This document shows, one piece after another, positions 49,401 to 55,028 of a stretch of DNA of 64,000 bases; position 1 is the stretch's first letter, and the number at the start of each line of letters is the position of its first letter. Both the position numbers and the translations under genes were made by a program. The notes beneath the pieces were generated by a model. The model saw only the letters and a program-made list of their open reading frames with translations. It was not told the DNA's origin and ran no database searches. The stretch is from Thermodesulfobacteriota bacterium (GTDB taxonomy: Bacteria; Desulfobacterota; Desulfarculia; JACQYL01). The stretch lies in assembly GCA_963675595.2 (NCBI GenBank), contig CAXXLZ010000001.1:1248001-1312000 (forward strand), in the 5' to 3' direction.

Positions 49401-51096
49401 CCTTGACCTTGTCATACGCGGCGATCTCCTCCGCCGTAGCTTCGTCCGCCTGCGTCAAATTCAGGATGGACGAGTCGCCCTTTTTTATGGTTTGAGCTAG
49501 CGTTCCAACGGCTCCGAAAAACGGGACGGCTGCCGCTACCTGCAAAAACGTATCGGCCATCAATTTGCCCAACGGAGTACTGCCCATGTTGGCCGACCTC
49601 TTCATGGCCTCCTGGACAAGTGACGTCAACTCTTCGGTTGGCACCTCCGCGACGGCCGACTTGAACATATTGCCGCCCAAGCGCCGTAACAGCCTCGTCA
49701 TCCACTGTGTAACCGGTTCACCAATAGCCTTACGAAGAGGCTCCGCCGCTCCTTTCCCGAGAATACCCCAAAGCCGACCCGTAACCATTTCGCCTAGCGC
49801 TTCAAACGTACCCTCTGCCGCCCCGGACACAAGCGCTTGCGTGTTCACCGTCCGCTTGGCGATGTCCCGAGCGGTCTTCATGTCGGGTGCTTCGCCGGCC
49901 TTTACCAGACCCTCGGCGTATCGATCCAAAAATTGGTCATATTCAGACAACGAAAAAATCAAACCCGCACTTAACGCATGCCCTAAAAAGCCTCCGACCG
50001 GGCCACCAATCAGCGAGCCCGCGAGCGCTCCGGGGGCGCCAACCATGAGGGACGTCGCCGCCGTACCGGCACCCTGTCCAAGGAATTGCATGATAGTCTG
50101 CGGATCTGGTAGCTGTGGATGATCTTTTTTGAACTGTTCAATCTCTTCGTCGGTCTTGATTCCGAGCGCACGCGCCGCGTGCAGGGCAACGTTGTAGGCT
50201 TCCCAATTTCCTTGGTTCAAATAATCGAAGAACGAAAGATTGTTGAGTTGTTTCCCCTTGGCTTCGGATTGCTGCGCGGCCATTTCCGCTTCCCGGTCCT
50301 TGGCCGCTGCGCTCTGCTCGATGTTTTCCGCCGGAGGTTGCGCCGTAACGGCCGTTCCACGTCCGCCCTGAGCCAACGGGCCGGTAAGATAAGACGTGCT
50401 TGACTCTACAGGCGCGTATAAGCCGGAATCATCTTGGGCTTGCATGGTAGGTGGAGAAGCCGAAGCCGTGCTCGTGCTCGAAGATAGGGGGCCGGTAGGG
50501 GGCCGGTCGCCTGCAAGGGTGTCATAGAAGCCCTTAACCTTGTCTGCATGGGTCAAAGACTTCGGTCCGACATACCGGCGGGCGAGACGTTCCTGTTCCT
50601 CGGACGGCTGCTCATACGCCAACGTGTTCAAATAAGCCGGAGCCGCCGAAGGACCGGCATGATAGGCAAGTGCGACGTTGCGCGGGTCTTCCCCGACCTT
50701 CGGGACAATGTATTGCTTCACGTACCGCGCCGCCGCGTCGGCCGCTTTGGCGAAGTCAAAGGCGTCTTCTTCCGTAATGCCAAGCTCCTTCTGAGTGCCG
50801 GGCATGATCTGAAATGCGCCGGCGGCTCTGCCTTGTCCGGGCACCTCGGGGCCGACCGTTTTCGGGTTGCCGGACGTTTCGGCGTACATCATGGCCTCGA
50901 GTAACAACGGATCCACGCCGTACCGCGCCCCGGCTTCCTGAAGAATGGCCCGCTTCTGCTCGATGCCCGGCACGTCCGGAATCGCGCCGCCGGGTTGCCC
51001 GCTTTGCGCCGAACTCGGGTCCGGAGACGCATTCGACGGCGCTTCCTCCTGCCCGTCAAACCAATCCAACACGCCCGACAAGAAAGACTTGCTCAC
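40444..51096 (-). CDS. Giant (~3550 aa) polyvalent internal virion / DNA-ejection protein
   Basis: N-terminal lytic transglycosylase (AETSG...GAFQIMP...AYHAGP), ParB/Srx-like domain (VVNGHHR), MPTase-like domain (EEMVGHFGLR), EEIQSD domain and a helical C-terminal region resembling LPD38-type proteins. GTG start overlaps the upstream stop. Confidence 0.85.
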   Translation of the reverse strand: MSKSFLSGVLDWFDGQEEAPSNASPDPSSAQSGQPGGAIPDVPGIEQKRAILQEAGARYGVDPLLLEAMMYAETSGNPKTVGPEVPGQGRAAGAFQIMPGTQKELGITEEDAFDFAKAADAAARYVKQYIVPKVGEDPRNVALAYHAGPSAAPAYLNTLAYEQPSEEQERLARRYVGPKSLTHADKVKGFYDTLAGDRPPTGPLSSSTSTASASPPTMQAQDDSGLYAPVESSTSYLTGPLAQGGRGTAVTAQPPAENIEQSAAAKDREAEMAAQQSEAKGKQLNNLSFFDYLNQGNWEAYNVALHAARALGIKTDEEIEQFKKDHPQLPDPQTIMQFLGQGAGTAATSLMVGAPGALAGSLIGGPVGGFLGHALSAGLIFSLSEYDQFLDRYAEGLVKAGEAPDMKTARDIAKRTVNTQALVSGAAEGTFEALGEMVTGRLWGILGKGAAEPLRKAIGEPVTQWMTRLLRRLGGNMFKSAVAEVPTEELTSLVQEAMKRSANMGSTPLGKLMADTFLQVAAAVPFFGAVGTLAQTIKKGDSSILNLTQADEATAEEIAAYDKVKAEQAASRQQSAIDPETGATITQPQTQRDYLTVDSPRKRAVFDEENAPTGAVEPDGTIAFGEQDEFTPVANPKQRVMPDRLASGEEINLLGPETTETPAEAARPTGPLASSDARRQGPPMVADHTPIAPETTPEEPGWKPWSPEQGQFKPEQLSEQTLDDAFGLERSSRGGFGMPGGEPLTLRQAHRMGWMLKDAFEGGVNVTLDQVGPDQYYLGFPDLPVATEAPSQPVESTVRAPENNLPKTPETPSRKQESASQGLDEGQVQFIEKKIRELGSVGAVDALYKDDSPVAEYARRRAREIDAEGGFNVQEEASKTEEAVAAGTGTPGEEQGQGTGEEGQKVEPWSQFDTVDQAESIARQLRELISSQEEGGRPVPKAWRENLKSAEDYIAANSKKAEGRPEKTEPEVAPGSTNATEEGVGQAPDTQEPTEPKGEGETVTIRSDEGGGEYEEDFAPDEVADINIPPSDEVAEGVEGEVPPSTDEAAASREDRWNGFVRSKSPMEKGRAKKALEKELRFQDTGEVSSIRDRIDSLFEEGRLETSSLEEPKLKWNRATFNRLDSYKAQHEYEQRIKDAGTKTVYLVNGSDLGKTGYDYANHLLGGGGSPLKPEDSARNSDEGQKKPSEPATVAPPPPGAEESSEEPPKEPEIVTRRVRTKNDRPFRNEKSAALHKEVRKAIKDPDQAVTFEEVVDGDTGEVLGVEAVITGPAGEAETGEQGAKKPPTITPPPPDTEPEEAATADEATGKVKQVPPWEQRRRERAEQDEEIERATAPSSIVVREDGTIDRDTIPTDSRIVRMKTEDLNVDPDRFQFKRDVNSRTGAGSKLSDVQEYDPELGGVLSVWFDPEDGKAYVVNGHHRYDLAKRAGVPDVDVRFLQAETWQDAKLKGAAINIAEGNGRPEDVAHFMREKGITPKELMEKFKVSLKGDLARKGAALSQLHPSIFGQVESGELDQGLGVVLGEGLEDQRAQLEVMKAVDKERSKGRKISPAFLRELINEVKGIPTTRGTQASLFGEEDFFGTRPVLMDRAALREYAVGRFVDDKRLFSAVANAGKAERLSEVGNTIKVADNRSAAERAAFMKDAFDKLAGFQGGPISELLNEYALRLSKAGSPREADGIKREFYEAVAERIPEAVAGRTPGARQGAGTDGEGGEPGSGRGRDRGAETQTSEKKDERTVRAGDRAGKQKDEVGKKKSESGKKKSAARKKKDGSGDKKQSDRESSEKTTDTEASKEKPAKDAGKFSLSEKPAEKKNSVEAVTEAVRSATDNAQLPADVAIVQSESDLPEAVRKIIQARGYEGRVEGVYHDGKVYLVADNLSSPERAQRVYLEEMVGHFGLRAVLGEDLTPILNAAWLNSRVARSARGIADNYGLDLKDREQKLQAIEEAVAKLARDPEFKASFLDRLIAAVRKALRRLFPGLKLSDAEIRDLISKARQAVGRGGAGMSFSAKGPVLYSHMQRVLEKKLPHKGTGKGFAEMVQGFARKGEFKQEELDWSGMVEWLEARNERQVTKDDVIGFVRAATPNILDIWKGERPFSDSDGLHAKATSVYNAITGFFKTLTSESDDALTTLLLDIDVANSEAESTKDPYFFTPEEVRVSAKNAVAYLMEHQDKIFSELLANNGSHHIFYDVENIDVRVLYDEVVLSLYPDFFVDELSNDVFAYKAQNHMYTQYGQYVLGGPLSLYNEHVFSFDIDEELFYSNHFSGDKNPILHTRTSVRDSSSGDGRLLFIEEIQSDWHQKGRKKGYDPTKRGSVADAPWKQSWPLLGFKFMLRKAAEQNMDGVAWTTGKQQSNRYKLTDYITSVSYDRAHNELTAFDQDDNYLFTQRKVSQADLADYIGQNAANDLLSRPDNDDGYVFYALNDTVEHASQGMVAFYDKILTSLVNKYVKKWGVKVGTTKIDTGEQDIQAVHFVPINDKMRDSVLEAGQPMFSLRSKSPDLSGLYAGLPEDVKKRLDVSSKGIPIASLAQKLRASVAWTKNQFTRAHEHLDPDTFGAELNILRLFQETSENSRRKAQEQLADIVRPMKTMQEKRLFELHLVMDDMIRDMDSGLLKPDQDGKLPFGFDEQTARDYATHIRRQALENEGVSTAIKVRHDFMRALKRSLVEEDLLDKSVLDDDRYFHHQVLEYRAARALGESYNLAPGTGSRDLRMHRKGWQIARKGSVKDYSTDYFQSEFEVIAQGLAQVETKKAMDRMKQVADVRPALEARAKAANDAMFAEKWADLEKKDMKAFAELDARMKGGGVRMGRALHRLAKMASDGELAGLPNQFNKIVAKLASEHARVQQAQKNKATGSELRIDVTGMNLFELLSHLVQTGHAAKGAAFGFYKGRNQRLVVINDVLGSDRSEWDDFLPPGFTAWQPKPGGVFFRVNSITDSVLERVRAGEPLPDKIPQVWARVPGQAWAVPVDLAKTLDNLNPPLDDHVLSKASAKVQSGWKIWTLVNPFRWIRYNLNNLSGDADIVMAYDPKIFKYAWKAAKDLKAYRNRAALPKGLQEQMDEAMRLGVTSSGWSVQELNEVASSLAENDFLEVLRGERPNLFKRFWKSSKDFTTFRENILRLAAFRYFQDQIKKGRKPGENMIAASNRDELLSMKDSATDAEMAAKLSRELIGDYGNISEAGKWIRRHLISFYSWMEINAPRYVRLLRNLQYEGKSKAGVGAVLGWKATKLGVKASALYAAVVLFNMTFFPDEWDEIGEDKRRQLHLILGRREDGTIMSIRFQGALSDALGWFGAEDVVEDVKDVVSGRETIVTKAGEGLAAGPLRLFQGTRPIEKAIYETITGKALWPDPTAPRPIRDKAEHIARLFSLGTPYVWASRGLSEFTDLPPKPMRKEETVLGQLFSDIFAFGGYSSDPGETAYYDVKKKMFDFLEDQGREMPSITPTKKGNALYQYKRALRYGDVKAAKRYLQKYFELGGSAKGLKISVKLAHPLGGMSKNMRRRFLGTLSAKDREVYRKALEWYMRLYGRDAMQAVFARDDEEREKAS

Positions 51097-52421
51097 TGAA
51101 CCGCCCCTCTCGTTCCCCCGGGAACCAACACGCCGCCGGACGCCTGATTTCGAGGCCATCCGTCCTGTCGCTGAACGTTGCCGCTCATGCGACGCGCCGC
51201 TTCTCGATAGGCCTCCGCAATCATTTCCGAAAGCATCGCGGCGTTACCCGTTCGCCGGTTGTAGCCTTCCGGGTCCTGCTGAAAAGCCAGAATATCCTCT
51301 TTCGTCAGGCCCTGCTCCTTTGCCATCTGTGCAAAAATTTTCGTGGCAAGCGATTCAAGGGCCGGAAGCTCTTCAGGCGAAAACGTGCCGGGGACCCTCA
51401 CGGACATGTTGTCATCCACCTTGACATCCGTGTAGCCCTTGGCTTTGTCGGGATAATTCGGGTTTTGCGCCCGGCCCGCGGGCCGACTATACCGGTCTTG
51501 AGACAACCATCCGAAGGCTTTCGGGAACGCGCCGGTGGGCTGTTCGTCTCCGGCGCCGCCCATGGCATAGTCGTATATGCGAGACAGGACACCCGGCGGT
51601 TCGGACTCGGCCTTGGTTTCCATTTGCGTCGGCGCGGCCTCATCCGGAGGAGGAGACGCCCTGTTCAGAAAATCGGCGAAAAATGGATCGGTCCGAGCCA
51701 ATGACCCAAGATTGAGTTGCAGCGCTTCCCGAAATCTCTGAGGATCAACGACGCCGTACATGTCTTCGGACATCTCTTGGGCAAACTTCATCGCTTCCGA
51801 TATGGTTTTCTGCTTGTCCTTCAACGACATTTCCGGTTCGCGCCCGGCCATCCGCATAACCTGGGGCCTGGACAGCTCCTTTAAAACCGTTCGCTTGTCG
51901 GGAGCGATCAACCTGAACATGTCCGCCTGGTCGTCGTATACAATCTCGGAGTCCTTCGGAAGTCCGAACACTTCTTTTGCGGGCTCATACAGGCTGTCCA
52001 ACACAAGCCCGGCGCCATACTTCGTTCTCTTCTCATCCAGCTCAAACTTTTTCAGAGCCGTATCGGCCTTCTGCCGCTCCTCTTCATGCTTGAGGCCTGC
52101 GAGCATGATGCGTCGCTTCTCCGGGGCGTCTATGAGCTCCTGCATTTTTATCATCATGTTCATTCGATTGAACATGGCCTGCTGTTCCGCCGCGCGTCTC
52201 TGCTGTTGAGACTGCTCCGCCTCCAACCCGAATCGCTTCTGTTGCAGGCCGAACTCATCCGTCTGGAGCTTCTTCTGCCAGTCGAGCTGTTCTCTTTGGA
52301 GCTGCTCCTGCCGGTCGAGCCTGTCCTGCTGATCGTTGTAACGATTCTGCTCCTGCCATGAACGACCGATCCCCGCCGCCAAGGGGCCGATATACCGAAG
52401 TGCCGCGCCGAAATTCGCCAT
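51093..52421 (-). CDS. Putative internal virion / ejection protein (Q/E-rich coiled coil)
   Basis: MANFGAAL..GPLAAGIG N-terminus, long Q-rich helix; located between small ejection-type genes and the giant protein; TGATG coupling. Confidence 0.65.
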   Translation of the reverse strand: MANFGAALRYIGPLAAGIGRSWQEQNRYNDQQDRLDRQEQLQREQLDWQKKLQTDEFGLQQKRFGLEAEQSQQQRRAAEQQAMFNRMNMMIKMQELIDAPEKRRIMLAGLKHEEERQKADTALKKFELDEKRTKYGAGLVLDSLYEPAKEVFGLPKDSEIVYDDQADMFRLIAPDKRTVLKELSRPQVMRMAGREPEMSLKDKQKTISEAMKFAQEMSEDMYGVVDPQRFREALQLNLGSLARTDPFFADFLNRASPPPDEAAPTQMETKAESEPPGVLSRIYDYAMGGAGDEQPTGAFPKAFGWLSQDRYSRPAGRAQNPNYPDKAKGYTDVKVDDNMSVRVPGTFSPEELPALESLATKIFAQMAKEQGLTKEDILAFQQDPEGYNRRTGNAAMLSEMIAEAYREAARRMSGNVQRQDGWPRNQASGGVLVPGGTRGAVQ

Positions 52422-53131
52422 CACAAATTCCAATCATTGTAGGCGTTTTGAGAGCTCACCCATCCGCCGCTGATATTGGAGGCCGGAGCCGTATTCGTCC
52501 TCGACGAAAGCGGCCCGCCCTTTCCAAACAGTGCACTCCCGACACCTTGCCCGAGCTGAGACATGGAATCCATGGTCTGCTGATCCTGCCGAAGATACAT
52601 GTCGGCCAAAGACCCCGACAAACTTCCCCCCTTCGAAATGGACCCGATCGCCATACTGGGCTGTCCTCGAACGGGAGACGCCAGACTTTCCAGCTTTGAC
52701 GGCGTTTCCGTAAGCACCGCCTTGTAGGCGTCCGACGCCGCCTTGTCGTTCAGCCGGCGCATAGTGCTTTCCGCAATCTTCTTCTGTGCGGGAGACAGAC
52801 CGGAAAGCGCCGTCGTGGCAATGTGCTCGGCATTGCGGTCGTACATGGGCTTGACGTCCGAATAGAACTGCTCGTCCGGATTACGCGTTGCTTCCGCAAT
52901 GAGTGCGCCTTGAAGGGGAAGATACTGCTCTTTGAATTTTGCGTTTTGCTCTCTGGCAATCTCGAGCTGAACCTGTTGCGCCTCTAATTGGGCGTCTTGT
53001 AAGTTCTTTTTCGACTGATCTTCCCCGGTAAGTAGGGCGCCGGGATCCAATATCTGCTCAATCAACGATTGCTCTTTGTCCCCGGCGATCATTCGCTCCA
53101 ATGGCGTAAAGATATCAAGAACGTCACCCAT
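52421..53131 (-). CDS. Putative DNA ejection/pilot protein
   Basis: AQQVQLEIAREQ...YLPLQ; Gly/Ser-rich C-terminus. Confidence 0.6.
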   Translation of the reverse strand: MGDVLDIFTPLERMIAGDKEQSLIEQILDPGALLTGEDQSKKNLQDAQLEAQQVQLEIAREQNAKFKEQYLPLQGALIAEATRNPDEQFYSDVKPMYDRNAEHIATTALSGLSPAQKKIAESTMRRLNDKAASDAYKAVLTETPSKLESLASPVRGQPSMAIGSISKGGSLSGSLADMYLRQDQQTMDSMSQLGQGVGSALFGKGGPLSSRTNTAPASNISGGWVSSQNAYNDWNL

Positions 53132-53134
53132 GGT

Positions 53135-53731
53135 TTACCCCCACCACCCTGCGGAACCGCCCATGTCCATAAGCCCGTTCGCAAGGCTCGACCAGTTGTC
53201 GGCCGTCTGTTGGTTCTGCGTGTTCAAGTTGTTCAACACGCCCAAGCCAAGATTCGCCGCCGATTGATAGCCCTCCATGGCCGCCGTGGGAAGCCCGTAG
53301 CCCCCCTGAAGGAACTTTTGCTTCTCCGCAAACACCTTGTTCTGAGCCTCACGAACGCCCGCGACAGCCGAAGAGCCTCTTGTCGCTTCCAACTCGCCCA
53401 TTGCCTTGCCTTCGAGCCCGGAACCCTTCATACCGCGCAACACCATATTGCTCTTGACCTGGTCTTTTATGTCCCGGTAAGAGGCGTTGGTCGGGCTGAT
53501 CTTGCTTTCGGCAAGCGCCGTCAAGTATTTGGGATTGGATAGAATGCCCGACCATGCTTCCTCAAGCGGCGCAAGGGCATCCTGGCTTTGCTTGTACTGT
53601 TCTAAGCCTAGTTGCGTCATTTCCCGACTGATGTCGGCAAGCTGGTTTTCCGTGTCGCTGGTGTCCTGCTGCGACATGGACGACCCCAACATCGACGCGC
53701 CTGCGATAATCAATGGGATCCACCAAGCCAT
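53135..53731 (-). CDS. Putative DNA ejection/pilot protein
   Basis: MAWWIPLIIAGASMLGS hydrophobic N-terminus, LRGMKGSG motif, G/A/Q-rich. Confidence 0.65.
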   Translation of the reverse strand: MAWWIPLIIAGASMLGSSMSQQDTSDTENQLADISREMTQLGLEQYKQSQDALAPLEEAWSGILSNPKYLTALAESKISPTNASYRDIKDQVKSNMVLRGMKGSGLEGKAMGELEATRGSSAVAGVREAQNKVFAEKQKFLQGGYGLPTAAMEGYQSAANLGLGVLNNLNTQNQQTADNWSSLANGLMDMGGSAGWWG

Positions 53732-53734
53732 ATC

Positions 53735-54238
53735 CTATCTCTCCTCTCCCAAACGCTTTCCCCAAATTACCAGGTTGTGAAGCTCTCCATCTTTCATGAT
53801 CGCCTCGCTCGACAGCCCTTCCGTCCGAAAGCCCACCATCTTCATGAAAAAATTGGCTCGCCTGTTGAACGCCGGAATCAACCCGAGAAGTTTTTGCGCC
53901 CCCATTGCTCGAAGCGCCTGAAACGCTTTCGGCGCTACACCGACAAGAGGTTTTCCACGATATTCCGGAAGAACGGCGATGTGCAGTTGAACCGTAATCG
54001 AAGTAAGGGCTTCACCCCAGGTTCCGCCGGCCAATTTGGCCCCGTCGTAAAAGCCGAGACGCAGCACCCCGGGTCGAATCAGTCGGTCTATTGCCGACTT
54101 CAGGATCGACTCAACCGGAGTATATCCGTTTCCGAGCACGTCCTCGTGGATCAAGATTTTAACAAGGGAAAGCAGGTCCGCGTCCGACTCGATGGGTCGA
54201 ACGTCAAGAATAACATCCTGCTTTCCCTTGTTGACCAT
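53735..54238 (-). CDS. Phage GNAT-family acetyltransferase
   Basis: HIAVLPEYRG, N.RA..F...GF..EG; usual podovirus position between tail and ejection genes. Confidence 0.8.
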   Translation of the reverse strand: MVNKGKQDVILDVRPIESDADLLSLVKILIHEDVLGNGYTPVESILKSAIDRLIRPGVLRLGFYDGAKLAGGTWGEALTSITVQLHIAVLPEYRGKPLVGVAPKAFQALRAMGAQKLLGLIPAFNRRANFFMKMVGFRTEGLSSEAIMKDGELHNLVIWGKRLGEER

Positions 54239-54244
54239 CGGCGC

Positions 54245-54667
54245 TTACCCCTTGCCTTTTTTACCTTTTCCCGCGTCTCCGTCGCCCTTTGCTTCCGCCG
54301 CTTCTTTTGCAGCTTTCTCTCTTTCCTCTTTTTCTTTTTTTTCCGCCTCGTCGAGACTTCGCATGTTGTTGAAGTGCTCGGCGAGGAAATCAACCACGAG
54401 CGGCCCGAAGGCATACCCGCAACGATTATCCAAAATCGCAAGCTCGTCGGGGGTCACCTCCACCACGGGATCCATGCACTTTTTGATCTTCTTGCCGAGC
54501 TGAGCCACCCTGGTCTTCTGGTCCTTGCCCACCTGGGCGTCTCCGGGAATCGAGTTGAAACAAGCTACAACCGCCATTTGCTTGACGGTAATGGCCTCTC
54601 CGGTGTTCGGATCGATCATGGGGTTGTCGTTTTCGTCCAGAATGGGCGTATCAATCCTGAGCTGCAT
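54245..54667 (-). CDS. Hypothetical phage protein with K/E-rich tail
   Basis: GGAGG RBS; within the operon downstream of the tail fibre. Confidence 0.7.
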   Translation of the reverse strand: MQLRIDTPILDENDNPMIDPNTGEAITVKQMAVVACFNSIPGDAQVGKDQKTRVAQLGKKIKKCMDPVVEVTPDELAILDNRCGYAFGPLVVDFLAEHFNNMRSLDEAEKKEKEEREKAAKEAAEAKGDGDAGKGKKGKG

Positions 54668-54688
54668 AAATCCTCCGTAAATGGTGTG

Positions 54689-55018
54689 TTATTTTTCGAA
54701 GGTTTCCGTCGTCTTGAGTATGTCGTTGAGCAGACCGTCCGCCTTGTCGATCAGCCCGGTAACGTATGCCTGCTGCGTTTTCGTGAGCTTTCCATAGATG
54801 TCCTCGATGAACCGTTCCCCGGCCCTTGTATACCCGAGAACCACCTTTGGATCCTCGTTGTCCAGGTCTATATCGGCATGAGCTGGAATGATTTCGATGA
54901 TCCTGATATTCGCTCGTCCGGTTTCCTGTTTCAGGACTAGAGTACCTTCCGGTAGAACCTGTTCGGCGGACTTATCATCCGGGATATCAAAAATGCCGGA
55001 TATAAATTGCTTGGTCAT
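54689..55018 (-). CDS. Hypothetical phage protein (possible fibre chaperone)
   Basis: AAGGGA RBS; directly after the tail fibre gene. Confidence 0.65.
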   Translation of the reverse strand: MTKQFISGIFDIPDDKSAEQVLPEGTLVLKQETGRANIRIIEIIPAHADIDLDNEDPKVVLGYTRAGERFIEDIYGKLTKTQQAYVTGLIDKADGLLNDILKTTETFEK

Positions 55019-55028
55019 GCTGTTTCCC

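Noticed and set aside
53612-54940. 442-aa plus-strand ORF and other long antisense ORFs in the prophage (e.g. 57758-59104, 62601-63587)
   Set aside because: They overlap well-supported minus-strand phage genes and are typical antisense frames in GC-rich DNA.
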